In this document: positions 1-13,518 of the stretch, piece by piece
Numbering within the stretch: position 1 is the first letter of the stretch
Layout of the letters: every line of letters begins with the position of its first letter
Assembly: GCA_047495785.1 (NCBI GenBank)
Contig: JBLDXI010000025.1
Location: 1,426,001-1,490,000, forward strand
Direction of reading: 5' to 3'
DNA from: Lepidodermella squamata
Lineage: Eukaryota; Animalia; Gastrotricha
Length of the DNA stretch: 64,000 bases
Made by a program: the position numbers and the translations under genes
The notes under the pieces: model-generated
The model's input: the letters and a program-made list of their open reading frames with translations, nothing else
Database searches by the model: none
What the model was told of the DNA's origin: nothing

Positions 1-3000
1 GTGACTTTAAAAAACTCTGTTTTGGGTCTGCGTAGAATTTCAACGTGTTAGCTAGCGTCCAGTACGATAGGAAACCGGATAGGAAGAAGAACGTATCGAC
101 GCCTAAAACACTTCCGAGGACGATTTGATGGCCGAGCGATTTCCTCATATCGAAAACGGTCTGCAAATTATCGAACCCGATTTGGAGGAAAAAGTAGCAG
201 TGGGCTAGAACGACCCAGCCGAGGCTCAGGACTCGCAGCCCGTTCAGACATTTCAAACTATCCGATGATTCAGTTTTAACCGGGCTATTAACCGTGAAAA
301 GTTTGCGTAAATTCGTGTAAAGCGAAAAGCAGACGATGAAACGGAACAACGCGGCGAATCGGTGTATAGACGATGAGGGTACTGAGCTGAGGGACCGTGA
401 TACTTTATCGTCGCCGGTGCTATCTTGCGGTGTTATCATCGATTCGCGTAATGTAACAACTTGTGTCAACATGATAACGTTTGTTGCGTGTTGTTGTTGC
501 GGCGTCGACGGCGGCGGTGTTACAATTTCTCCGGCCGTTTGAGATATAGCCGAATTCAGCGCGCGGCTTTCTCGAATTTGAATTGTTACGTCGAAAATTG
601 TGGCGAAAATCACCAGAAAGCCCCAAATTGCCAAGAAAATTCTGAAAAAATCGGCTTATTATTGCCGTTTCGGATATCGATAGAAATCATACATTGCGGA
701 TTTTGCTTTCCAGTCAAGGGGTATTTCATTTTCTTGGCACTGGGTCGCATGAGGCGCGAGGTGGATATCCTTCAAAATCGGGTACTGAATTCGGGCTTGC
801 GGCAGCGCTGAAAAATAAATCAATTGCTCTTCAAGTCTTTTGGTTTGCCTTGCTCGAAACCCGAAAGGGTATAGACGCTCAGTCGCGGGGAAGTGAAACA
901 AATAAAATCATTTTCAATCATTTTCATTTCAAGTCGATGTAAATTATTCATCATCATAAAATTCAAGAATAGCTCGATATCGAATTGTCAGACGTGAAAT
1001 TGTTTCTATTTCATGATGAGCTTTTCCAATTTTATCGCAACTTTCAGAAATATTTATTAATGATAATTTTAAAACGTTGATTTAAAGGATCGATTCCTTC
1101 AGGATTGATTTCATTAGAAACGTTGGAGATCCGTGTTTCTATTCAAAAAATTTCATCAAAGCCGAAAAAATTCAAAAAGTATAAAAAGCAAGTAGGCGAT
1201 AGTCTTGCCTCTGGTGTCCTAATGGGAGCAGCGGCTGCTAATAATCTGGGCAAAATCGGCAACAGCTAGGTACATACAACCCGGCTCAACTCAATCGCCC
1301 TCCACCTTGTCTAGGGTAGCAGACAACTCCTTCATGTCGGAATTGGCGCCAGGAGTACCATTGGCAATATCAACCCCGGTAAATTGGTTTACTCGAAAAC
1401 GATGAAAACACTCAGCTCGTGCGCTGCGCCTCAACTTTTCTTTGTGATGATTTTCTTGATCAGGCAAGTCTCGAGCAATTTCCACCGCCACATGGCTTCG
1501 AACTAACATTGCCCTTTGCCTGATAACCAAGTATCGAACCATCTGGAAATACCAGTCGTTAGCCCGACGAAAAAACGATCTCATCTTTGGAAGCAAAATG
1601 AAGGAAGATTTTCTAAAAGTGCAGAATATTTTGTCTCCGACCTAAATAATTTGGTGACCCCAAATAGAGTTTTTTATTCGAAAGGCCCAAATACCCAAAT
1701 ACCAAATATTTTGTATTTGTTATTTGCCCACCTCTGACCATCATCAACCATTTCTTCGTTTTAGCAAGGCTCGCTACAACCGACTTTAGCGAAGACTTCG
1801 CCGCACCGCAAAATGAGCGACCGACAACCGCGCTCGAGAAAACACTTCGACCAGAGCTGGAAGCGTTTTTTCCGCAAGATCATTGTTACGATGAAAGCAC
1901 TCAGGGGAACTTCGATCATTATTTTATGATGCTATTTCCAAACTTCGCAAACTTCGCTTCCATGTCGAGACAACGTGTTAACCGAACCGTTGTTAAACAA
2001 GGTCAAAACTTTGTCGTCTCAGCGTTAGCCGACTAAGCTGAAAACTGGAGATGTCGCTCGACAATTCTAAATTTAGCTCTGCAAGTGGCGAATTTCCATC
2101 GCAAAATTCGAATTTTTTAACATTTTTAGTTTTTTTTCGAGCTAATATCCAGATTTTTTCATGATCATGCAACTTTTCCATGATCCTTTCATTACTCATT
2201 TTCAGATTTTTTTGGCGATTCTCCCTTCCTGTTCATTATTTTTTGGGTCAGTTTCAGCTGACAATAAAAGCTTTGAGCAATTCAATTTCTAATTTCTTCA
2301 AATTTTCAAGATCAATCAACTCATTTCAATATTTTTTCTTTTTCCCAGTCTCATTTACAGCTGATACCAGCATTTCACCGACACTCCGTACCCAAAATAA
2401 ATTTGAGCGTATTATTACCAGGTAGAAACAAGGCATATAATGATGCCTGAATTTAATATTCAAACGCAAACCAACCTAGCACTTCAACCAATTCATTGAG
2501 CGCACTAGCGTTGCACCGCCTCGATACGCAAACTGCAACCGTGAGCGCGACCGGAAACTGTATTTCAGTAAAAATACACAATAGCACACATTATAATACA
2601 ATAATTTATAATACAATAATGATACTTTTTAGTCGTAATATCATCATCGGCAATAAAAACAATAACGTGAGTATTAGCAGTACCCGAGTAGTCTCATGAA
2701 AAATTAAACAAGCCCGAGCCTTTTTCGACAGTGAACAAAGCGATATGTTATGAATCCACAATATTAATATTGTATTTTACGGTAAACACGGCTGTAGGTA
2801 GTAGACTACTTATACCTGATGCTGGGTTTTCACGCGCGCGCGCGGCAATATTATTTTTCTAGTAATTACGCGCCGCCGAATTTCTTGCACTGCCAAGAAA
2901 ACAAAACAAAAATCGCGCAAGCAGAAATCATACTATTATTGTTGAGACGACAGCAAAACAAATGCGAAATTTCAAACAAAAAAATTGACGTCGCGAGTAA

Positions 3001-4900
3001 ACAACAGGAAATCGAACCGCACAGCAGGAAGCACTTTTGCTGCCCCGGCGTGCGATCAAGCGGCGACGTCAATAAAATATAGGGTGACACAAAATTCGAT
3101 CAATAATAGTCGCCCTGCAATTAGAAGCCCCCCATGCTCACACCAAAATAATGTTAGCAGTGTACTAGCTGCGCATGATGCGGAGCCCGAGAGGGAAGAG
3201 ACCCGTTCACATATGTTATCATCATCATCATCGCAAGTAATTTACATTTCCTCTCGCGATGTGTTGTCAATGCTGTGACGATGAAACAAGTATGCATTAT
3301 AGGCCGGAGCCGGACATATACTTGTGTGATCAAATGCAAGATGCTGCGATCCAGCAACAAAATAATATTGCATTATCATAATGCCAAGGACTACTATTTG
3401 CGCTATGTGCGAGAAATTTCGGCGTATATGTGTGTCTTCTTCTTCTTCCGCTGTCGACAAAATCCACTACTTGCCACAGCGTATAAACAAATGACGATGA
3501 TGAATTGAGCCGAATTACGAAAAGCCGATGATATATGCGCATGAATCGATGAATGAATATTTATAGCCACCTTAAAAAATATAATCAGGTATATACTACC
3601 ATATCTTCTCGTTGCATTTACGGCCGGAAATTAGCTGGAATGAGCTTTTATTTGCGTGTATGCGGCACGTGGCTAAATCGCCAATTTCCGTAATTTTTCA
3701 CTGCGACAAAACAACTCAACTCGCATACATACATATATGGTACATTATCAGCCCACTAATCGGGCAAACAAAAACATCTTTTGTTATTTACGTATTTGTT
3801 AAGGTGGGTGTATTTATGGCGTTTTATTTCAGATAGTAGGTAGGCAGGTATACAAACGCGTGGCCTTCTTACCTGAATGAGGGACGGTTGAAGTTTGATT
3901 CTATCCGGGTGCGTCGCGGTCGTGAAGCCGAGGCGGCAAAAACGCGCCGGTGACAAGTCAAAGGCTTCGGGCGGGCCATTTGCGACGCATTCATCAAAGT
4001 CGCCCGGCCACGACAACGAGCCGGCGTAAATGCCCGCCGCCGGCTTGCCCCACGCGTCCAGCCCTGAAAAACAACACGAGTCAAAGCGCTGCGCAATGAC
4101 ACCGAGAGGGTGTCAAACAAACGTGACTTGATTCAATTTGTCACTCTATCAAAAGGTGTCGAATGTTTGTTTTTTCAAAGTCCACCAAATTATGCCAAAT
4201 TCGTATCAAAGAGAAGGGAGAATGAACTACAAAATGACAATTAAGTTACTTCAAATTTAAAATTTAAAACAAAATTTAAAATGAATAGTAAATATTTTTA
4301 AATGCTATTAATCGAAACTAGATCAAATTAAAATTCTCAATAAATTCTTGAAAATATACGAAAATTTAAAAATGTCAATAAATATAAATGCAAATTTTCA
4401 TCTCCAACTCTCACTATTTGATCAATTCTTGAATGTAATTATTTAATATTTCAAACAATTTCCTAACATTTTCGAGCCCATAAGTGCTGTTCAAGCTTGG
4501 CCATGTCAAAAACCGTGAGCAGGTCGCGCAAACACGGGCTCTGAAAGTCACTGCTACCGTCTTGGCCGTTAACTACCGTTCCGTTTTGTTCTTCTTCATC
4601 TGGCCAAGCAGCGTAATCCCCGCTTTCCTGTTGTTGCCACTCCGTGTTTGCGCGCGCCTCTTCATCATTACTGCGAGCACCGGCCAACAGTGACTCGACA
4701 AAGCGTTTCGTCAACGCGGCCGAGAAGCGCTGTGGAGTATCAACTTGCCCGGAACCTGTTGCACCAGCAGCGCGCAGTAGATAACTGAACTCGCTGCTTG
4801 TTATCTCAGCGCGAACTGCTGCCAAGAAGAATGCCACGATAATGAACCAACCAAGCACGCCTCGTAAACAAACATAACCGGATCGTGACGATATCAACAT
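1..4900 (-). CDS. NRF-6-like / acyltransferase-3 family membrane O-acyltransferase with N-terminal NRF domain; 3' end lies outside the window. Exons about 4468-4900, 3873-4063, 2476-2557, 693-807, <1-641
   Basis: Manual splicing gives a signal peptide (MLISS...FFLAAVRAE), NRF-domain motifs CLRDL..WARKWLDAWGKPAAGIYAGSLSWPGDFDEC and VCVSRRC, then acyltransferase-3 motifs FSLYTN, CLNGLRVLSLGWVVLAH and GVDTFFFLSGFL. All junctions are GT-AG with matching phases. Start codon is inferred. Confidence 0.88.
1640..1736. mobile_element. Isolated end of a hAT-like non-autonomous DNA transposon inside an NRF-6 intron
   Basis: Several CAAATA/TATTTG subterminal repeats ending in tatttgcccacctctg (reverse complement CAGAGGTGGGCAAATA, a CAG-starting terminal inverted repeat typical of hAT elements). 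No partner end seen. Confidence 0.45.
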
Positions 4901-5939
4901 GTTGCGATGAAGATAACCAATGACAACAAACACAAGCCCTACAGCATAATAAACGATCCAAAGGAATGCACCTGCAAAATCGATCATCATGACAAAAATC
5001 ATTTTTTGCTTTATTTTTTGCGAAGTAATCAATTAATATTTTTTGCAAACAGCAATGTAATATACAGTCGCGTTATATATATATAACATGTAATAGGCAG
5101 TGTATAATTATGATTATTGATAAAGAATTTTTTTACAAGAAAAGCTCAGGCGTTTTCGACGCGACACTTCGTTCAGTTTTCATGATATAGAAAAAGTATT
5201 TTTCTGAGACGCTCAAAAAATGCTTGGCAGTATATAACATTGACCCGCCAAAACATCTTAATTTATTACGAATGATGTATAATCATGCAAAAGCAGTATT
5301 TCCCTTGCGTTTTCAGAACAAAAAACAGCGCTTATTAAGTATATGGTCGAAATTTGATATTTGATATGCATATATTATCAATGATAGCAAATGCGTATGT
5401 TTGTGTGAACATCGAGTACTACTGGTATAGCCATGACAAGTTTTTACGTAATTTCAACGTATTATATCGCAAGCTGCGGTAGTAGCAGTGTACAAATGAA
5501 GACAAGGTAGGCACAAATCATGAAGCATTGTTATTATAAAGCGCAGATTTTTTCTGACCAAGACATCATGAAGTGACAAGATTTTTCGGATGTTAACTCG
5601 CTCTAGACTTGTTTTTCCAAAAAACTTCGAAAATACCGGATCGATTCACATGTTTCAGATATCTTCGCGAGAAAATCATGGATAGCTATGACTTGACATG
5701 ATTTTACATTATTTAGGCTAAATGTTCATGAAAAATGCCATGTTGTCGGTAGAAAACTGTCACCAAAGAAAACAAATAAGTGCTCTGATTGCTCAATTAA
5801 AACGTCTGGATCTTTAAGAAGAATCGCTAGTAAACCAAGTCTATTCAGGTTGATAAAGAATGAGGCGCGACTGATCTTGATTTTCAATAAATTTCGTATA
5901 AAAACAACAAACAATAAACAAAAGCTCAAAATGACACGT

Positions 5940-6905
5940 TCACTCAATTGTGGTCGGGAAAGCTTTCGGATGCTTATATCGGCCGACTAAGATACAACAA
6001 GAGTGTAAAGTACCACAAGCTTTACTTAGCTCGCTGAATTCCACCTCCATTCGAGCGTCAAGTTTCGACTCGAAAACCTATATGCATAAATGACATTTCG
6101 TAAGTAATTCATGCGGAAAAGATGAAAACTTACGGGATGGGACTTCGGAATTTCGGCACCGGTGAGATGAAGTAACATTCCGTTAGCGAAAAGCACACTC
6201 GTGGCTAGATCTTCATCGACGTGGAGGACTTTGTAACCGAAGCTGCAGTTAGCCATCACTTCTTTAAACGCTGCCTGAGCCGCGTCGTTTCGAGATACAA
6301 CCATCACGTCAGGACTCGCAATGGCCAAGAAGTTTTTCAGATGAACATAGTTCTGTAATGAATAACAATAAATCTCCGACTCGGTGTAATTTAGCTTGTC
6401 GGATTACCTTAGGTACATTAACCGTTGTAACGGCGTATTCTGGGAAGGCTTTGGCGACTTGCTGGGCACCAGCTAGATTTGTCCTGCCAGATAAACCGAC
6501 AATAATTTCTTTTCCTGTCCATAACACATCTCCGCCTTCGATAATGGCTTTGTCGCTATCCAGCTCTACAATTTTCAAGCCAAGATCTCGCTTGAGAGTG
6601 GTCCGAATAACGCTGACCTCGCCTAACCGAGCATTAGAAACAGGGCGGCAAATCAACGCAGTACCATTAATAACGACGGCACAATCTTCGACGAAGGCAC
6701 AATCCGGGTATCGCTCATCAGCAGGCAATTGCAAAACACTGATGCCGAGCTTACGCAGTGTCTCGATCAGTTTGTAATGCTGAGCCCGTGCTCTATCTAA
6801 ATCTATAGGTGCGGTTCCATCTCTCCGGGTAGATGTTCCAGTGGCATAGGTTTGAGGTATGCAACAAACTACTGCAAAGTTGTAACGAAATGCCTTTGAT
6901 GACAT
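5940..6905 (-). CDS. DDAH: Dimethylarginine dimethylaminohydrolase family protein. Exons 6408-6905, 6134-6352, 5940-6077
   Basis: Motifs PDCAFVEDCAV, EGGDVLWTGKEIIVGLSGRTN, VHLKN and SELSKACGTLHSCC; two ~55-nt GT-AG introns in phase. Confidence 0.93.
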
Positions 6906-7804
6906 CAGTAAGGCAAATCCTATAAACGAGTAAAAATAACATCAATGCACATGCAATGACATAAATAAAAATGTACTGCAATTTGCAATCTCTACAACGA
7001 CGTATCAACAAGATAGTATGCGATTGCATACTTCAGTGTTAATGCGTTAATGCGTTAAAGGAAGACAATTTGTAGACAGCAGTCAACATTAATGCGCTGA
7101 CAAGCCTACATTAACGAGCATAAACGGAGCGTGAGCTCCTCGGCGTACTAGATGTTGATGCTGAAATAAAAATTCCACAGGAATTAATCACTTGGCTAAC
7201 ACAGAACAAAGTCTGATCTGTAGCACCATCCCATCAAAGACAAATCAACCAGATGTAAAACTTTTTAAAAACAAAGACATTTTTTCATATGGAAAGATCA
7301 ATATAATGCATCTAAGGGCTAAGAAATCGTCAACAGTTGTCTACGGATTCAGGTCAACGGACAAAAGCCATCTATACTCTTGGCATAGATTGCGATTCAA
7401 TCGAAAACCAAAGTGCCCGCCGCCCCAAAATAAAAATTATTTCGAGCAAAATTCTACACTTTTCACATAAATTATATTTATATATATATTTATATCTATA
7501 ACATTATATTAAACAATGCATCAGTTTTTAGTTTTTACCGCACGTGTAAAAGCCGCGAAATTTTTCAAAATCCGAGTTTGGCAAAAACAAGTGCGCCGTG
7601 AGGAGGTGTGGCTTGCTGCTGCGTTTTTCAGTTGTTGTTAGTGCGTCTAGTGCTCTAATAGAGCAGCGTTGTTTTGTTAATTGCTCAACAGTTTAATGTG
7701 TGGTTTCCTTAGGGTTTTTCATCTTTACAGCTGTATTAGTGGACTTGACACAAACAAAAACTAATGTTTTCCATTTTTTCAGAAAACTGAATTATTAATC
7801 AGCC

Positions 7805-9434
7805 ATGCCTTATGACGAACAAGCCAACTGGGCGCTCCCATGTGAGCCAAAAGAATCTGCTCGTAAATGTAAATGGGCTCCTGATACCAAAGAACCATCA
7901 CCTCACGTTATGCGATCGATTGCCCCCAAGCCAAAAATCTATCCTGACATTACTTATGCCATTGGAGGAACACCTCTGGTACGGTTGAATCGCATTCCCC
8001 AATCCGAAGGCGTTCAATGCGAATTGCTTGCAAAATGCGAATTCTTGAGCGCTGGTGGCTCCGTAAAGGATCGAATTGGATTGAGAATGGTTTCTGATGC
8101 AGAGGATACCGGGCGCCTGAAAAAGGGCGATACACTCATTGAGCCTACTAGTGGCAATACTGGCATTGGATTAGCTATGGTTTCAGCAGCCAGAGGTTAT
8201 CGCTGCGTAATTGTTATGCCTGAGAAAATGAGCAAAGAGAAGGAGAACACGTTGAAGGGTCTAGGCGCCGAGGTCATCCGTACGCCAACCGCAGCTTCTT
8301 ATGATAGCCCCGAGTCTTTGGTTGGCGTAGCTCGCGTTTGTCACAGTTGTTGCTATGAATTATAAATGAACCTTGAATTTGATTTTAGAGGCTGCTTGAC
8401 GAAATACCCAATTCCCACATTTTGGATCAATACCGCAATCCATCCAACCCATTAGCTCACTATGATGGTACTGCGGACGAGATCATCGACCAATGTGATG
8501 GTAAACTTGACATGGTTGTCATTTCTGCTGGCACCGGTGGAACTATTGCCGGAATTGGCCGTCGTATCAAGGAGCGCTTGCCCAACTGCAAAGTTGTTGG
8601 CGTCGACCCAGTTGGTTCGTGCTTGGCGTGTGATACCGACCCCACTGGTTTCTACGAAGTTGAGGGGATCGGCTATGACTTCATTCCAGGTACTGATTAG
8701 ATGCCTAAAGTTGGCTCTCATGCTATCAATTTATTTTAGCTGTCCTGGACCGTAAAATTGTCGACAAGTGGTACCGATCGCGTGACCACGAGTCGTTTAA
8801 TTTGGCACGGAGACTGATGAGGGAAGAGGGCATGCTTGTTGGTGGTTCATGTGGTTCAGCCCTTGGTGCTGCCATCGCGGCTTGCCGGGATGCGGGTCTT
8901 GGTCCAGGGCAGCGATGTGTTGTTTTATTCCCCGATTCGGTCCGAAACTACATGTCTAAGTTCCTTAGCGACGATTGGCTCATCGAACGCCACTTGATTT
9001 CAGTACCCGAACCCTGCGCTCAGCACAAGGCTTGGTCGAAAAAGTTATCTGAGCTGAATTTGAAGGCCCATTCTTCTATTCTGGAATCAACACCGTTGCT
9101 GAAAGCTCGCGAGGAACTGGAAGCGAATTCCAGCAAGGCTTTGCTTGTTTATTCGGATGATAAATCGAAACTTCTGGGCGTTTTGACCCAGCGCCGTTTG
9201 ATGTCTGAACTGCTTCGCTTCCCGAAAGTTCAAGACTCAGCGAAAGCTTTGACCGCTGCTGTAAAGCAGTTTAAGCCTGTACCGCTGACGGAATCAATTG
9301 GTACCGTCGCGAAATATCTTGAACATGAAGATTTCGTGGTAGTTGGACCTCTGCCAGTAAATGGATGTGCGAATGCATTTGCTCTGTTGACCGTTGACGT
9401 TGTTAGCCAACATCTGATTTCGCTTTCAAGCTAA
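7805..9434 (+). CDS. CBS: Cystathionine beta-synthase. Exons 7805-8335, 8389-8689, 8740-9434
   Basis: Heme-ligand region CKW...SPH, PLP lysine motif [37 protein letters not shown] and a divergent C-terminal regulatory region; introns in phase. Confidence 0.96.
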
Positions 9435-10118
9435 ATGCCAAGCCAATAATTTTCCGTGGCGAGATCTTGTTAACGACTTGTAGCTGCAATATTGTTTCCG
9501 CTAAATTTACGATCTGAGTTATTAGATATTGTTTTAGTTGATCGAACCTTACTGACTTTCATCTGATTAGTTAAATATTTACTAAGAGTTCTGAACTTTA
9601 TTTTCCAGTGTCACCCATCCGGTTATGAAGTTATTAACGATATTTACGAATTCTTTGTGAGCGAACTGGCCATAATAAAAACAATGAAAAAGGTTGTGGG
9701 GAAGCGCATGTTTTTTTGGGTTGAGTCACGAGTTTCCTGCATCGGTTAATACTGAGGCGAGAATGCCAAAAAGTTCTGAATTAATTTAGATAGCCGCTTT
9801 CACGTGAAAGCACTTCAACGATATGGATATTAATAAGGGAACAATTTTCTCGACTGCGCATTAACATGGTTTGATATCAAGTTTATCGCGGAGAAATTTC
9901 ACTCTATCAGCAATTACGTGTTTCTAGTACTACTATGACCAGAAGATAGAGTGATGGCGGGCGTTGCTGCTGCCTGTAGCAAAAAATGTTATAAGCGAGG
10001 GCAATATAACACCCTTGCCTTTATTGCACCATCTAGAGTTTTGTGGTGAGAAATGTTTGTTGATGTTTAATCAAGGCTAAACAAGAACAAGTTGTGATTC
10101 GATCTGATTTTTAAACAC

Positions 10119-11206
10119 ATGGCAAGGAAAAATCTTAGTGGACTTGGCATCGCGCTTGGAGTTGGCGCAGCCCTAGTATTTTCGCTTGGTTCTCTGCAGG
10201 TCAAAATTCTGAACACCAACGAAAAAATTCCTGCCATGATGCTGTCGTGCCTCCGCCTTACCTTCATTTTCTTCTTCGCTGCGCCCCAGGTTTCCTATCA
10301 CAAGGCACCTTACATAGGCGACCGTGTTGACTGGCCTTTTCTAATTATGCGATCGGTTTGCGGCGGCGTCTCTATCACGTGCAGCTACATTGCCATTTCT
10401 TACCTACCTCTACCAGAAGCTGGCGTCATTGCAGCTACGACACCAACTTTCACAACAATTTTAGGCAGAATATTCCTGAAAGAAAAATGCCGAGTTTCCG
10501 ACATTCCAATTCTCATGATCACTCTCACAGGTTAGGCCACGACTTTTTCATAAATTCGTCAGTTCTTAAAACGAAATTGCTAAAGGTGTGGTGTTCATTT
10601 TGCGGCCTGTCTTCATTTTCCAATTCTTAGCTCCTAATATTGTCGACTCCGTCTCTCCCGATGACAGGCTAAAAGGTGAGATTTACGCGCCATACAGAAA
10701 AGTTATTGAAAGTTACTTTGGTCTTAGGATCCCTTTTTTCGCTGAGTGGTGCAATCGTGGCATCAGGAGTCTACATCGCGCTAAAGAAGCTTCGAAAAGC
10801 AAACTATTCTACTGTGAATTTCACTTACGGAATGATAAGCGCCCCCATTCTATGGATAGTAGTACTATCAGCTGGGTTCTTCAAAATGCCACCATGTGGC
10901 GGCTACCGAGTCATGGCGATAGGCATCGGAGCGACAGCAGCGATAGGGCAAGCTTTCCTCACGATTTCGTCGAAATACGTCTCACCTGGAATCGCTTCGT
11001 TGCTGAGAACCACGGAGAGCACCTTTAACTTTATATGGCAGATTACAATTTTACAAGGCCCGGTGAATCCATTCAGTATTTTTGGATGCGCTCTTGTGAT
11101 TATTTCCATATCCTTCTTGTCTGTGAGGACCATAGTTTCAGAGCGATGCGCGAAGGCGGAAAATCCCAGTGCGTTTGTCAAATTTATGCTGACAATATCA
11201 AGATGA
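10119..11206 (+). CDS. SLC35G/EamA-family (DMT superfamily) transporter, copy 1. Exons 10119-10530, 10586-10675, 10728-11206
   Basis: Two EamA repeats with LPLPEAGVI..TTPTFT..LGRIFLKEK, ILRP and SLLRTTE motifs; two in-phase mini-introns. Confidence 0.9.
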
Positions 11207-11721
11207 CCGTTTTTTACGGAGTTTTTCTAAAAGGAGAAATAGCTTTCTAGAACATTTAACGGTTTTATTTAATAAAATTGGCCAACTTGACTTAGTAATT
11301 TCTGAACTACAATTTCAGGGAAATTGAACTTCGTGAGCTTTTTTTGCTGCCCTACCGATTTTCTGCACGAGACGCGAAAATTCTTGACAGCTACCCAACG
11401 GAAAATTTCATCAACTTTTGCGTGACTGCGTTTTTTGGGCCCGCGTGGAAATGAAAAACCGTCAACCATCATTTTCTCTGCCAAGGGTTATTTCAAGTTT
11501 TTTTGTCTGAGACCGAAATGGAAGCAGCTGGTGGCAATAGCGTAGGTATAAGATGAAACCATCGAGGTCCAAAGTGTAATTACCGCAAAAAATTCACGTG
11601 TTAATTCATGGACTTTGACCCACGCTGAGCATCTTATTAATAGAATGCGATAGTTGCAGACGCGAAAAATTAGGACGGAAAATAATTGGTTTGAGCGCGA
11701 CTTTCAAGCCCCATTTCAACC

Positions 11722-12813
11722 ATGGAATCTCTCTTTGCCTTACGCTGCGCTGGGATAATTCTTGGCATCATAGCTGCGCTGATGTTTTCCATCAGCTCAC
11801 TGCAAGTGAAAATTCTTAACACCAACGCAGACATCCATGCCATCTTGCTATCATGCCTACGTCAAACATACGTAATGCTTCTTGCAGCGCCACAAGTTGC
11901 CTACTACGAAGCGCCTTATCTTGGCAAACCAGTTGATTGGCCATTTCTCATCATGCGGGCTGTTTGCGGGGCAGCTTCTATCACCTGTCTCTTCGTCGCA
12001 CTTTCTTACTTGCCGCTGTCAGATGCTGGAGTCATCTCCGCGACAACACCCATCTTCACTACAATTTTAAGCGCTGTTTTCCTCAACGAAAAGTTGCGTT
12101 ATTCCGATTTTCCGATTCTCATGATCACATTGGCAGGTTAGTACGATTCCATGATCTTGAGCGCCTAAATGAAACTATTGATCCGCAACAGGAATCGTTT
12201 TCATCTTGCGGCCGCCGATGATTTTCAAATACATTGCCTATGACGTCACGGACTCAGTGTCTCCTGATTACCGAATGAAAGGTTGGAGAATCAATCTTTT
12301 TACCATAAAACATCTAATTTAACAATTTCAGGCTCGCTCATTGCCTTAGCTGGAGCGATTATCGCAGCTGGAATTTACATTGCCTTGAAGAAGATGCGAA
12401 ATACAAATTACGCAACAATAAATTTCGTCCATGGCCTAATCGGCGCCCCAATCCTGTGGATAGCTGTTCTCGCTGGAGGCCTGTTCTCTATGCCCCCTTG
12501 CGGAGGATATCGAGTGATGGCCATAGGCATCGGTGCATCCGCAGCCGTCGCGCAGATTTTCCTGACCCTTGCCTCCAAATTCGTGTCGCCGGGTATAACT
12601 TCGATGCTGCGAACAACGGAATGCGCTTTCAACTTCTTGCTAGACCTTATATTCCTTCATGCTGATTTCAACGTTTTCAGCGCTGTTGGTTGCGCTTTGG
12701 TGATGTTAGCCATTTCGATCCTGTCTGTAAGAAGTATGATGGCGAAAAAAGAAGAAGAAACTGCCGAAGATGAAGCAGCGTCAGAGAATCAACCTCTAGT
12801 CCCGACTCGCTGA
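11722..12813 (+). CDS. SLC35G/EamA transporter, copy 2. Exons 11722-12136, 12192-12281, 12332-12813
   Basis: Paralogue of copy 1 with the same motifs and the same two intron positions. Confidence 0.9.
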
Positions 12814-13518
12814 TTTTCCATACATTATAAACATGAATATATTATTATTCGAAAGAATCTCATGGTGCAGGACTTATCACAGTAACACAGACTAAACCGG
12901 TTAGGAGCGACATCAGCTCGATAAAACACATTCGCATAGCCACAAGCCATTTTTTGAAATAAAAAATCTGCTCGCAGAAGCGGCAATCTGCTTTAAAAGC
13001 AGGCAAGGGATGATCAGAGGTAGACTTGAACACAAACACACTCTACTCGCTGAAGTAAATGAATATACCAGCTTATTCGATGTATATGCAGGTAATTTAT
13101 AGGTATAGTCTAAATAGTCTATAATTGCTTCAAACTAATAGGAAAATTGCCGAATCGGAGGCTTCTTTGTCCACTGTTATTCCTATATGACAGACAGGAA
13201 TTCTAGAAGATAGTAGAGAGAAAACTTCCAGCGGAAGCCTGCGGATGGGCTTCTCTGGCCAATGGGCTCCATAAATAAAACGGTCGAAAGGAGGATCGGG
13301 CCAATCAATAATTTTTATCTATTTTAAAAGCTTCGCTATGAATTTTTAATTGATTATAGTAGCATTTTTTCACCGCGCATGCTCATAAATCGATGTATAA
13401 TTTCAAACAATGGGCTGCGAATGCAGTTGCGTGTTTCAAAATGAATGAGTTTGAATGAGTTACAAGATTTCCAACGTGGAATTTTGCTACTGTCAAAGAA
13501 CTTCTATACTTCGCGAAG

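Noticed and set aside
1291-1596. 101-aa intronic ORF as a nested gene or retrotransposon gag remnant
   Set aside because: Only a vague resemblance; no LTR, zinc knuckle or pol motif visible.
3756-3872. Read-through of NRF-6 exon 2 (VCIPAY...)
   Set aside because: A strong CAG|gtaag donor at 3873 and the phase-compatible exon at 2476-2557 supply the expected Cys motif.
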